A DNA stretch of 64,000 bases from an uncultured delta proteobacterium (GCA_963760795.1 CAVXEP010000013.1:192001-256000), one strand, 5' to 3'; positions 41,213 to 51,712 are shown, numbered from the stretch's first letter. The notes: generated by a model not told the origin, from the letters alone. Translations and numbers: made by a program.

Positions 41213-42949
41213 TCATTCCGCCCGGATGCCGACTTTGAGACCGAAGGAACGCGCCACGATCGCCACACCCAAGGTCAGCACGGTGATCATGATGATGGTA
41301 ATGCTCGCCACCTCGCGGTAGCCGGCGGCGACTTGATCCAATGCCAACAGCGACAAGGTGCGGGTTTCCGAAGTCGCCAGGAGAATGATCGCCGAATTAT
41401 GCTGCGCCGCGAACATGAACTTGATGACCGCGACCATCACCATGGTTTGCGCCATGAGCGGAAAGACGATGCGCAAGTAGGTGCGCCAAAAGCCGGCGCC
41501 GGACATGCGCGACGACTCTTCAAGTTCTTTGCCCAACTGGACGAAATTCGCTTTGAGAATTTGCGTCGCCAGGGTAATGCCGCCGAGCACTTGAGCAACC
41601 ACCAGCAAAACGATGGTGCCGTAAAACGGCCGAAACACCGGCGTGCCGAGAAACATCCACAACAGACCCAAGCCCGAAAGAACACCGGGAATCGCCGACG
41701 GCAGCCAGCAAATCGAATCCAGTATGCCGCGGCCCGGCAGCTTGGTGCGCACCAAGACATAGCCGATCAGGGAGAAAAACAGCGCGCCGACCACGCCGGC
41801 GCTGACCGCGACGATCAAAGTATTGTGCAAACCCTGAAGAATGCGCGGATCGGTGAGCGCCATGCGCCAGTATTCCATCGTCCAGGTTTTCGGCAGATTG
41901 AAAAAACCGAAGCGGGTCATGAAGCTGCCGCCGAGCACGGAGAGCAGCGGCACCACGTCGAGAACGAAAAGTATCAAGCCGACGAAGGCCGTCGCCGGAT
42001 AGCGCCACACCCCAAGCTCGATGATCTTCGGTTTGAATTGGCCGGTGACGGTGGTGAACTGGCGGCGCGAGATGAGTTTGCGCTGGAGCGGAATAAAAAC
42101 CGCTAGGAACAACAAGATAACACTCCCCAACGCCGCCGCCTGGTTTACCAATGGCGGTTCCTGGCGCGCCAGGTCGACGATCTTGGTGGAGTAAACATAA
42201 AAACCCCATGGCACACCAAGCAGCAATTCAATTTCCAAGCTGCTAAAGATGCGAATGACGCTGAGCAGAAATACCACGATGATCACCGGCGTCAGCGCCG
42301 GCACGGTGATGCGGACAAGGGTCGTGAAAGCGCTCGCTCCCGACATCCGGCTCGCTTCTTCCATCGATGCGTCCATGCGGCGAAACGCCGGCGTCATGAG
42401 CATGACTTTGGTGGAAATCCCGTTGCCGACCAAATGGACGAAGACGATGCCCCAGAACGAATAGATGTCGAAATTGAGACCGCTCAACAGCGGCATCTGG
42501 CGCAGCCAGGAATTGATCAAGCCGGTGCTCGGATCGAGCATCAGCATCCAACCGAAGGTGGTCGCCAAGCCGGGCATGAAAAATGAAATCCAAAAGCCGA
42601 ATTCCATCGCGTTAGGAAACAGAATATTGGTGCGTGCCAATAGCCAAGAAATGAAAATTCCCGTGGGCAGGGCAACGACCTGTAAAACCACGCCGATCTT
42701 GACGCTGTTCCACAGCGAGCGCCAAATCCCCGGTTCGGCGAAGGCCTTACGCCAAGCGTCCAAGCCGTAGACTTCCGGCTCGGCGATGGTCGCGGTGTTG
42801 AAGCTGTTGACGACGATCAGCGTCAAGGGATAGAGCACGTAGAATCCCATGAAGCCGATCAAAGCCGCCATGATCGCCGTGCCGCCATCCAAGGGCGGGA
42901 GCCAGGATCGCGTCAAAGCCGGCGCGTTGTAGGTTTCGGTTTTAGCCAT
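41213..42949 (-). CDS. ABC transporter permease, fused two-domain (FbpB-like)
   Basis: 578 aa with two EAA loops (MEEASRMSGA, LEESSRMSGA). Confidence 0.9.
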   Translation of the reverse strand: MAKTETYNAPALTRSWLPPLDGGTAIMAALIGFMGFYVLYPLTLIVVNSFNTATIAEPEVYGLDAWRKAFAEPGIWRSLWNSVKIGVVLQVVALPTGIFISWLLARTNILFPNAMEFGFWISFFMPGLATTFGWMLMLDPSTGLINSWLRQMPLLSGLNFDIYSFWGIVFVHLVGNGISTKVMLMTPAFRRMDASMEEASRMSGASAFTTLVRITVPALTPVIIVVFLLSVIRIFSSLEIELLLGVPWGFYVYSTKIVDLARQEPPLVNQAAALGSVILLFLAVFIPLQRKLISRRQFTTVTGQFKPKIIELGVWRYPATAFVGLILFVLDVVPLLSVLGGSFMTRFGFFNLPKTWTMEYWRMALTDPRILQGLHNTLIVAVSAGVVGALFFSLIGYVLVRTKLPGRGILDSICWLPSAIPGVLSGLGLLWMFLGTPVFRPFYGTIVLLVVAQVLGGITLATQILKANFVQLGKELEESSRMSGAGFWRTYLRIVFPLMAQTMVMVAVIKFMFAAQHNSAIILLATSETRTLSLLALDQVAAGYREVASITIIMITVLTLGVAIVARSFGLKVGIRAE

Positions 42950-43070
42950 GGCTAATACTCCCTAAAGAGCCTGCGCGTTAATATCGCGTGAAGCGTTGGA
43001 GATCAAGGGGAATTCGGATTGGCGTCGGTAGTAGCGCGATACCCTTTATCTCCCATACTGATATTCCTCC

Positions 43071-43192
43071 CGCCAAGGTGCAAAGGGTGAACGTTGTCAT
43101 TTCGAACGAAGAGAGAAATCCGTCTTAGATCCCTCGCATTCGCTCGGGATGACAGGCCTCTGGCCTGTCACTTCGCGCCTTTGCGGCTTTGC
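43071..43192. repeat. Composite palindromic repeat
   Basis: Inner GTCAT-type inverted pair at 43096-43153 flanked by roughly 8-mer arms cgccaaggtgcaaag / cgcgcctttgcggctttgc. Confidence 0.55.
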
Positions 43193-43229
43193 AGAAGGTA
43201 TTCCGGTTCCCGGTTTCATCCGTGCCCTG

Positions 43230-44399
43230 TTAGTACGGGCTCGCGACTTGATGGCAGAGCCGCTGTTCACTGTGATCGCGGCTCGATTGCAGCATCGCCA
43301 GGCAAACTTCGAGGGTCGCCTTGCCCCATTTGCCATCGTGCGGCATGGGCTGGTCTAGGGTAATCGAACGGTGAAATTCATCGAGTTCGACTTTGAGCGG
43401 GCCATCCCACCGGTCGCAAGGAATTTCCGAGCGCCCCTGCTCGTCGTAGGTAAACACCCCTTCGGAAGATTGCCGCAGCGCGCCGCGTTGGCAACTGACT
43501 AAGGTAATGCCGAAAAACGGCTGGCGCGGCCGCCGGCTCGGGTCACCGTCGCCGCGCTCGATGTCGAAGGCGACGCCCGAACGGCTGGTGTTCTTGTCGA
43601 GCTTGCCCGCCGCGCGAGCTTGGCGCAGGCGCTGCCCCGGACCGGAGCGCCGCTCACCGCCAAAAACATCGCCCTCGATCAACTCGCGATCGTCGAAATA
43701 GCCGTAGCCGTCATAGATCAAGGTCGCGGTGACGCCGCCGGCGAATCGCAAGAGCGCCGAATAGTTTCCCTCGGTATCGTTCTCCGCCGACCAGCGACCG
43801 GCGTGGGCGCGCACGCTCTCGACCAGGCCACCGCCCAACAGCCGGGCGATGTCGACTTGATGCGGCGCCTGGCGGTAACAGACGCCGCCGCCGAGGTTGG
43901 TATCGATTTCCATCGCCTCGCGCGGCCGGAGCAGCCAAGGCGAGTAGCGAATCGTATGCACCTGGGTGACCGGACCGAGCCGGCCGCTGCTGATAATCTC
44001 GCGCATCTTGCGAATCGGCGCATTCCAACTGCGAGTGTGCGCGACCATGAGTTTGACGCGATTCTGTTCCGCGGCGGCGATCATCCGGTCGCAATCTTCC
44101 AGCGTCAACGCCATCGGCTTCTCGACCATCACATGCTTGCCCGCTTGCAACGCCGCGATCGCATGCTCGGCGTGAAACGGATTGGGCGTGGCAACGTAGA
44201 CCGCGTCCAATTCCTTCAGCGCACACAAGGCCTCGACGCTGGCGAAGGTTTGAATGCCAAATTCACTGGCATACTGCGCCCGCCCCTCCTCGCGCAGGTC
44301 GGCGCCGGCGACAAAGGTGAAGCCGGTCGTCTTGGCAATCGCGAGTGGCAGCGATCTGCCGCCGGTGCCGAGGCCGACTAATCCGATTCTGATAGTCAT
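43230..44399 (-). CDS. Gfo/Idh/MocA oxidoreductase (phthalate cis-dihydrodiol dehydrogenase-like)
   Basis: IGLVGLG, ATPNPFH, VEKPMAL, RQAPHQVDIARLLGGG, HDGKWGKATLEVCLAML. Confidence 0.85.
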   Translation of the reverse strand: MTIRIGLVGLGTGGRSLPLAIAKTTGFTFVAGADLREEGRAQYASEFGIQTFASVEALCALKELDAVYVATPNPFHAEHAIAALQAGKHVMVEKPMALTLEDCDRMIAAAEQNRVKLMVAHTRSWNAPIRKMREIISSGRLGPVTQVHTIRYSPWLLRPREAMEIDTNLGGGVCYRQAPHQVDIARLLGGGLVESVRAHAGRWSAENDTEGNYSALLRFAGGVTATLIYDGYGYFDDRELIEGDVFGGERRSGPGQRLRQARAAGKLDKNTSRSGVAFDIERGDGDPSRRPRQPFFGITLVSCQRGALRQSSEGVFTYDEQGRSEIPCDRWDGPLKVELDEFHRSITLDQPMPHDGKWGKATLEVCLAMLQSSRDHSEQRLCHQVASPY

Positions 44400-44416
44400 G
44401 ATCGATTCCTACAATG

Positions 44417-44537
44417 GTTCCAGCCGTTCCATTCGTTGCAGATGTTCCGTACGTTCAAGCGCCCGCCTCTTTCCTCCCCATGGGAGCGCGGACATTCTTG
44501 TCCGCGATCAATGGCGGGTTAGAAAACCCGCCCTCCT
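44417..44537. repeat. 9-mer array plus two REP-like hairpins
   Basis: Five gttcc-type 9-mers at 44417-44460; hairpins cgcggaca-ttct-tgtccgcg and ggcgggtt-agaa-aacccgcc. Confidence 0.65.
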
Positions 44538-44577
44538 GTAAAGAAGAAAGGAGTAGGGGCATGAACGTTTTGAACGG

Positions 44578-45816
44578 TTATTTCTCTTCGCTATCAAGAA
44601 TCGGACTATACTTGGTCGCCCCACCCTGGCGGGTCTGACCGGTGCGAAAGCTGTTCTTGTTAAGCTTAGCTTCCTCCAGGCGCAGTTTGATCGAAACATT
44701 CTGCGCCGGATCGCGGAACACGTTCATCGGGTCCTGGCCGGCTTGGACTTTTTCCATTTGCTCCTTCAATTGGCGGCGGTAAAGAATAATCCCTTTGTCC
44801 GACAGTCCCAGCGCCTCTTGTGTGCGGTCCGCCACACCGCCCTGGGTCATCCAGGCGATCATGTCTTCACCGCTGTTGTTGTCGAGCAGAGACCAGTCGG
44901 GCTCACCCGTAACGTCGACGCCGGGCACGGGAACTTGATACAGCGGAATCACCTCCTGCGGCTCACGCGCATCCGGGCGCACATAGCAGGTGTACCAAAG
45001 GTGCAGCGTATGGCTGTCGTCGAGCGGCACGCGGATCTGAAAGGTCGGCCGCTGCGTGCTGCCGCTCAAGAGAATATTCGGGAACAGCACCGGATGGCCC
45101 ACCTGCCAGTCCTCGCTGTCTTCGCTCTGCCCCTCCAGCATGCGCGTCTTGATCAGACCATGCTCGAATTCGCGGAAGTTAATCTTCTTGTGGCTCACCG
45201 GCTTGCCTTTGAAGTCGGTGCGCCCCAAGCGTTCTTGAACATAGTTGAAAAAATGCTGGTGCAGCCACTCGACATGCACCGGATCGAGCGAGTTCTCCAT
45301 GATCTGCAACCAATTGCAGGGAATCACCGCCGCGCCGATATCACGCAGCACGCCATCGCGGACGAACAGTTCCCAGCGCGGTATCAGCGGCGCCGGCTCC
45401 GGTCCGAGATAGGCGAAGACGAGCCCGCCCAGTTCCTGCACCGGATAGGCCGGCAGACGGATGCGATCCTTGAAGGTGCTCGCGGGATCTTCGGCTTGTT
45501 CGTACGGCTGCTCCAAACACTTGCCGTCTTTACCGTAAAGCCAGCCATGATACGGACAGCGCAAGCCGTCGTTGTCGGGAATGCCCAACACCAACGACAT
45601 GCGCCGATGCGCGCACTGCGGCCCGATCAACCCCGGCCGCCCCTGCCGGTCGCGGTACAGCACTAAATCCTCGCCCAACAAACGCACGGCTTTGGTCGGC
45701 CGCGCGATCAGCTCGGAGGACGCGGCAATCGGCAGCCAATAACGCCGCCACAGCTCGCCCATCGGCGTGCCCCGGCCAACTTGGGTTAGTAGATCGTTCT
45801 CTTCTTGGCTAAGCAT
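44578..45816 (-). CDS. Rieske non-heme iron oxygenase (paralog of 35989..37209)
   Basis: GTPMGELWRRYW, CAHRR...CPYHGW, ENSLDPVHVEWLH. Confidence 0.9.
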   Translation of the reverse strand: MLSQEENDLLTQVGRGTPMGELWRRYWLPIAASSELIARPTKAVRLLGEDLVLYRDRQGRPGLIGPQCAHRRMSLVLGIPDNDGLRCPYHGWLYGKDGKCLEQPYEQAEDPASTFKDRIRLPAYPVQELGGLVFAYLGPEPAPLIPRWELFVRDGVLRDIGAAVIPCNWLQIMENSLDPVHVEWLHQHFFNYVQERLGRTDFKGKPVSHKKINFREFEHGLIKTRMLEGQSEDSEDWQVGHPVLFPNILLSGSTQRPTFQIRVPLDDSHTLHLWYTCYVRPDAREPQEVIPLYQVPVPGVDVTGEPDWSLLDNNSGEDMIAWMTQGGVADRTQEALGLSDKGIILYRRQLKEQMEKVQAGQDPMNVFRDPAQNVSIKLRLEEAKLNKNSFRTGQTRQGGATKYSPILDSEEK

Positions 45817-45914
45817 AGAGTTGCTTCTCCCAATTTACTTTCACCACGAAGGCACGAAGAACACGAAGTTCGGAATATTATTCTTCCGACCTTCGTGGTG
45901 ACTTCGAATTTTTC

Positions 45915-46205
45915 GTGTCCTTTGCGTTCTTTGCGGCCAACATTCCGATTCCTATCTCTTCCCCGCTTCGGCCAGCGCTTCGCCGATCAATAATGTTTTA
46001 CCCGGTGACCGCCACTGCACCACCACCGGGCGTATCGCGATACGCCCCTACCTCGGAATCCCTCGTGGATTTTTTTGCGCCCCATGCGCTCTTTGCGGTT
46101 AATTATCCGATTTCGAAATTCTTTCTACTTTGTGTCCTTTGCGTTCTTTGCGGCCAACATTCCGATTCTATCTCTTCCCCGCTTCGGCCTGCGCTTCGCT
46201 GATCA
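45915..46205. repeat. 75-bp direct repeat duplicating a gene 3' end, enclosing a GTAG-type REP
   Basis: 45915-45989 vs 46132-46205 differ at 3 positions; perfect palindrome gggcgtatcg|cgatacgccc plus ctac at 46028-46051. Confidence 0.85.
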
Positions 46206-47316
46206 CCTTGTTAATCGGCTTCATATCGAAGTAGTCCGGATTCCACTGCGGCATATATTTTACCCCGGGGTTGAGCCGATTGCGCGGCGGAATCTCATCC
46301 TTGGGTATATCCATCCGTAACGAACCCTCGGCGCCGGCGTCGATAAATTTCGCCGCGGATTTTTGAAAGTCGCTCTGTCCCTCGCGCGACAGAAACCAGT
46401 TGAGAAACACTTTCGCCGCGTTGGGATGGGGCGCCTGGTTCATCAGTACCAAAGTCTTGGCGCGGCTTTCAACGCCGACGCCCTCCTTGAACTGCGCCGG
46501 CTCCATCAAGTCCACCGGCAGCCCTTGACTCTTCGCCTCACTGATCGACTGGTGCCGGCATAGGCAGAGAGAATACTTGCCGGCAGCTAACCAGTCTTCG
46601 CCCTGGGGAAAGCGGGCGTAAAGCGTCAGCGCCATTTCACTGAACAGCCGGCGTAAAAACTGCGGCCCCAACTCCGGATTGTGAAAAAAGAAGCGGTCAC
46701 GGGTGGCGGCAAAGCCGCCGGCCTTGGGATCGAAGGCGACGATCTTGCCCTTCCATTTGGCATCGAGCAAATCCCAGTAGGACTTGAAACCGGCGGGATT
46801 GACCAATTTCGTATTGTAGCCAAGTAAGAACAGCGGCGCGCCGACGTAGACCAGAATGTAGCGCCCCTCGGGATCGATGAACTGCTGTTTGCCCTGCCAC
46901 CACTTCGACTCGTCTTTGACCTCCGGCAGGATAAACGCCGAGGCGATCGGGTCGAGCGCCTTGCTCTGGTAGAGCGTGTACGGCGAAGTGTTGCCGAGAT
47001 TGCCGATGTCGGCGAGAAATTTCCCGGCACGCCGCTCGGCCATGATGCGCGAGATATGCTCGCCGCCGCGCGCCGAAACCACGGATAATTTAATCTTGGG
47101 GAATTTATGGGGGAACCCGGTGTTGGCAATCGCCTCACCGACTTCGGTGAGACTGTAAAGCACCAGTTGGCCTTCTTGCTCCGCGGCCTTGACGGTCCTA
47201 TCCCATTCGTCCTGCCACGGCGCCCTGACTTCGCCGGCAAAAGCGCCGTGCGCAATGGCGATGGCAACCATGAAGAAAACCATCAGTGCCGCGATCGGAT
47301 TTTTTACGCCCAGCAT
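46168..47316 (-). CDS. Extracellular solute-binding protein (third paralog)
   Basis: WDRTVKAAEQEG, RIMAERRAGK, APHPNAAKVFLNWFLSREGQ. Confidence 0.88.
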   Translation of the reverse strand: MLGVKNPIAALMVFFMVAIAIAHGAFAGEVRAPWQDEWDRTVKAAEQEGQLVLYSLTEVGEAIANTGFPHKFPKIKLSVVSARGGEHISRIMAERRAGKFLADIGNLGNTSPYTLYQSKALDPIASAFILPEVKDESKWWQGKQQFIDPEGRYILVYVGAPLFLLGYNTKLVNPAGFKSYWDLLDAKWKGKIVAFDPKAGGFAATRDRFFFHNPELGPQFLRRLFSEMALTLYARFPQGEDWLAAGKYSLCLCRHQSISEAKSQGLPVDLMEPAQFKEGVGVESRAKTLVLMNQAPHPNAAKVFLNWFLSREGQSDFQKSAAKFIDAGAEGSLRMDIPKDEIPPRNRLNPGVKYMPQWNPDYFDMKPINKVISEAQAEAGKR

Positions 47317-47407
47317 AATTGGCCGTGACTGCGAAATTTATTTCCCTAGCTACGACGCACAGATCACTGAACGCTCCCGGCTCCAAGCTGAGAATTTTTG
47401 CATTGTC

Positions 47408-47508
47408 GTCACCCCGGTGCAGACCGGGGTCCATCCCTATCCCCTGAACTCTGGATACCGTTTTCCAACGGTATGACGGAGCCCAATCCAAAATCGAAAA
47501 TCCAAAAT
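47408..47508. repeat. GTCA...TCCA / TGGA...TGAC palindromic pair followed by a heptamer array
   Basis: gtcaccccggtgcagaccggggtcca, tggataccgttttccaacggtatgac, then caatcca-aaatcga-aaatcca; a related single copy at 38690-38715. Confidence 0.65.
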
Positions 47509-48592
47509 TACTTGATGACCTGATTCGCCCGCGAAAGAAATTCCGGCGAAAGCGTCAGGCCGATCTGCTTCGCCGCTTTCAAGTTGATGACGAACTCAAA
47601 CTTCGTTGCCTGCTGTACTGGCAGATCGGCAGGTTTCGCTCCCTTGAGGATCTTGTCCACGTAGTGAGCGGACTTGCGGAACAGGTCATCGTAGTCCGCC
47701 CCATAGGACATCAGACCGCCCTCATCGACAAACTCCTTCTGGAAGTAAATAGCTGGTAACCGGTATTTGCCGGCAAGCTCGACGATGCGCTTTCTTTCAG
47801 CCGAAAAAGGAGGGAGAGGTTAACGTCATAATCGCGTTGACCTGCTTTTGCTTTGCGGATTGGAAGGCGCTCTCTAAACCTTTGGGATTAGGTTGCGTCT
47901 TAATCACCTCCAATTCTAGCTTCAGCACCACAGCCGCAGCCCTGAGCTTTTTCAGTTGGAGATCTGTTGATATGGCGCCTATGCCGCCTTCCCGGCCCCC
48001 GCAGAAATCCAACTCGGGCGAGCTTGGGTATGGCGTCCTTGAGTATCTCTAGCCTTTTGGTATTTAGCTCGGTCGCTAAAGTCGAGAGCCCTGTAACATT
48101 GCCTCCCGGCCGTGCCAGACTGGCAACCAGGCCTTCACCCACAGGGTCCCCAACCCTCGTCATCACGATGGGGATAGTAGTGGTGGCGCTCTTGGCCGCT
48201 AACGTCGGTCCCGTCGCTGAGACCACGATCAAATCAACCTTAAGACGAACCAGCTCCGCTGCAAGCTCAAGTAGGCGCTCAGAACCTTTGTTTTCTCCAT
48301 ACCGGTATTCAATGCTGATATTCTTTCCCTCAATCCATCCCAGCTTCGTCAGCTCTTGTCCGAACGCCTCCACCAGGACCGCGCTACCGGAAGCAGTGCT
48401 ATGTATCGAGGAAACCGATGCGAAAGATTTTCTCCAGGCTGCTGCGCGTGAGCCACAGCCCAACACAGCGCGAATGCTAACAACGAGGGCAAGAAGCGCC
48501 ACCGATTTTGGTCTACAGGGCCGCTTTTGGATTGTGGATTTTGGATTGTCGGATCGAAGCCAGCTAATTGCAGTCCGAAACTTCTTTGTCAT
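47508..48592 (-). pseudogene. ABC_sub_bind-family substrate-binding protein, frameshifted (possibly consensus error)
   Basis: Pieces in several frames: LGWIEGKNISIEYR, SLARPGGNVTG, GGLMSYGAD, KPADLPVQQATKFEFVINLK. Confidence 0.8.
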
Positions 48593-48637
48593 GTCCTAGC
48601 CCCCCCAAATCCAAAATCCAAAATCGAAAATCCAAAA

Positions 48638-49632
48638 TTACTTGATGACCTTATTCGCCCGCGAGAGAAACTCCGGCGAGAGTGTCAGTCCGATCTGTTT
48701 CGCCGCTTTCAAGTTGATGACGAACTCAAACTTGGTCGCCTGCTGCACCGGCAAATCAGCCGGCTTGGCGCCTTTCAAAATCTTGTCCACGTAAACAGCC
48801 GCGCGCCGGTACAGGTCATCGTAGTCCGCCCCGTAGGACATGAGACCGCCCTCGTCGACAAACTCCTTCTGAAAGTAAATAGCCGGCAAGCGGTATTTGC
48901 CGGCAAGCTCGACGATCCGCTTTCTTTCGGCGAAAAAGAGGGCGACTGGTGGTCGTCATGATCGCGTCCACCTGCTTCTGCTTTGCGGTTTGAAAGGCGC
49001 TCTCTAAACCTTTGGCGTCGGATTGAGTCTCGATCTCCTCCAATTTTAGCTTCAGCGCCAGAGCCGCAGGCCTGAGCTCTTTCAGTTGGAGGTCTGATTG
49101 CCTATGCTCGCCTCCCGGCCGCCGCAGAAGTCCAACTCGGGCGAGCTTGGGGATCGCGTCCTTGAGTATCTCTAGCCTTTTGGTGTTTAGCTCGGTCGCT
49201 AAACTCGAGAACCCGGTGACATTGCCTCCCGGCCGCGCCAGACTGGCAACCAGACCTGCACCCACGGGGTCCCCAGCGTTCGCCATCACGATGGGGATAG
49301 TAGTGGTGGCTTTCTTCGCCGCCAACGCCGGTGGCGTCCCTGAGACCACGATCAGATCAACCTTAAGACGAACCAGGTCCGCCGCAAGCTCAGGCAGGCG
49401 CTCAGACTTTTGCTCTGCAAATCGGTACTCGATGGTGATATTCTTTCCCTCAATCCATCCAAGCTTGCGTCAGCTCTTGCCGGAACGCCTCCAAGAGGAC
49501 CGCGCTACCGGAAGCAGTGCTTCCATCCAGGAAACCGATGCGAAAGATTTTTCCAGCTTGCTGCGCGTTGGCAATGGGACCAGAAATCACAATGGCAGTT
49601 GCCAGTAGCCAGATGACAATGGATTTCATCAT
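48638..49632 (-). pseudogene. ABC_sub_bind-family substrate-binding protein, frameshifted (possibly consensus error)
   Basis: Pieces 49450..49632, 48816..49349 and 48638..48889; highly similar in DNA to the preceding copy. Confidence 0.8.
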
Positions 49633-49678
49633 GGATTTGTCTCCGATGTTCTTACCGACAACCGACCACTGACCACGA

Positions 49679-50662
49679 TCACTTGATTACTCTGTCTGCT
49701 CTGACCAGCACATTCGGCGGGATCGTCAGGCCGATCTGCTTGGCGGCTTTCAAATTGATGATGAACTCGAACTTGGTCGGCTGCTCTACTGGAAGGTCTG
49801 CAGGTGTTCTACCTTTCAAAATCTTGTCGACATACGTAGCGGCGCGCCGGTCCAGGTCCCTGTTGTCCACGCCGTAGGTCATGAGCCCGCCGGCCTCCAC
49901 GATTGCTGGTGAGATGTACATCACCGGGAGTCGGTGCATTACCGCGAGTGCAAAAATCTGTGTGCGGTGAGCATTGGCGATAGGGCCCGCCGCCATCATA
50001 AGGGCTGCCTCAGCCGATCCCTTGCTCGCAGCGCGGAATGCGGTCTCAATATTCTTGGGGTCTAGAACGTCTAGGTATTGAAGCTTCACTTTCAACGTCC
50101 CTGCCGCGAGTTCCACCTCTCTTAACACTTGTGCGTGGTCTGGTCTGGTCGAAGTTCCAAAGACCGCCACGCGGGAGAGCCTGGGAATGGTCTCCTTCAA
50201 CAGCTCCAGTCGTTTTCCGCTTAGCTCGGGGGCAAGTGTGGACAACCCGGTGATGTTCCCACCAGGCCGCGCAAGGCTGGCGATGAATCCTGTTGCGACT
50301 GGATCAGGATCGTTCGTCATGACTATGGGAATCGTTGTCGTCGCTTCCTTTGCGGCACGCGTTGGTAATGGACCAGCCGTGACGATGATGTCTACCTTGA
50401 GACGCACAAGCTCGGCCGCAAGCGCGGGGAGGCGATCGAGTTTCCCTTCCGCATATCGCAACTCAATGACAATGTTTTTCCCCTCGACGTAACCAAGGTC
50501 GCGCAGACCTTGGCGAAAGGCCTCGATGCGGGCCGATTCAGCGGAAGGGGAGGAACCACGTAGGTTTCCTATCCGCGGGAGTTTCGTTGGCTGCGCCTGG
50601 GTAGGGAAGCAGGGAGCAAAGAGCAGGGAGCAAAGAGCAAGGAGAATGATTTTCTTACTCAT
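49679..50662 (-). CDS. ABC_sub_bind-family substrate-binding protein (intact)
   Basis: MSKKIILLALCSLLFAPCFP signal, LGYVEGKNI, SLARPGGNITG, DLPVEQPTKFEFIINLK. Confidence 0.9.
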   Translation of the reverse strand: MSKKIILLALCSLLFAPCFPTQAQPTKLPRIGNLRGSSPSAESARIEAFRQGLRDLGYVEGKNIVIELRYAEGKLDRLPALAAELVRLKVDIIVTAGPLPTRAAKEATTTIPIVMTNDPDPVATGFIASLARPGGNITGLSTLAPELSGKRLELLKETIPRLSRVAVFGTSTRPDHAQVLREVELAAGTLKVKLQYLDVLDPKNIETAFRAASKGSAEAALMMAAGPIANAHRTQIFALAVMHRLPVMYISPAIVEAGGLMTYGVDNRDLDRRAATYVDKILKGRTPADLPVEQPTKFEFIINLKAAKQIGLTIPPNVLVRADRVIK

Positions 50663-50712
50663 TGCTTTCCGTCCTGCTTTTCTGATGTCTGACGTCTGAC
50701 TTCTGACCGCTG

Positions 50713-51712
50713 TCATTTGATTATCCTAGTCGCTCGCGCCAGCACCTCCGGTGGAATCGTCACGCCGATCTGCTTCGCCGTCTTGAGATTGATCACGAAC
50801 TCGAACTTCATCGGCTGCTCCACCGGCAGATCGGCAGGCTTGGCTCCCTTCAGGATTCTGTCCACGTAATATGCGACGCGCCGGTAGCTGTCCGCGAGGT
50901 CCGCCCCGTAGGACATGAGCCCACCGGCATCTACAGCTTCTCTGTTGCTGTACATCGACGGTAACCGGCTCTTTAACGCAAAGCCCGCGATCCGTTTTCG
51001 GTTAGCACTCATTAGCGGGCCCGCGGTGAGCACGTAGAGTCCATCCGGGCGCTGCTTGTTTAGCGCAGCGAATACCTTCTCGAAATCGTCCGCAGCTCGT
51101 ACCTCCCAAGGCTGAATAGTCAACTTCAGCGCACGCGCCGCGGCTGGGAGAACCTCTTTCACCTCGAGTACACTGGCCGGAGTCGGCCGGATCGTAGAGA
51201 ACCGCGACACGGGCAAGTTTGGGAACGGCTTCTTTGAGCAGCTCCAGCCGCTTCCCGCCTAGTTCTCTGGTAAGGAGTGTAAGGCCGGTGACGTTGCCGC
51301 CGGGACGGGCAAGGCTTTCAACCAGGCCTGCCTCGACAGGATCGGACCCACCGCCCACCATAACGATGGGAATCGTCTTGGTCGCATTCTTGGCCGCCCG
51401 GATCCACGGGTCCCCTCCTGCTACCACGATGATATCAACCTTGAGACGCACCAGCTCCGCCGCAAGCTCAGGGGCCCGATCGCGCTTCCCCTCCGCATAT
51501 CGGTACTCGATGGCGATGTTCTGTCCTTCTATGTAGCCACGCTCGCGCAGAGCCAGCCGAATTGCCTCGGCACGGGCGGACTCAGTAGCTGGATCGGAAT
51601 TCGATAGATACCCTATCCGCGGGACTTTCTTCGGCTGCTGTCCCTGAGCGATCGCTCCACCAGCAAGCAGCATGGCAACGACCAGGATTGATCTGAAAGA
51701 AACTATCCTCAT
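50713..51712 (-). pseudogene. ABC_sub_bind-family substrate-binding protein, frameshift near 51180
   Basis: N half in ORF 51002..51796 (ATG 51712, GAGGTG RBS), C half in ORF 50713..51216. Confidence 0.8.
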
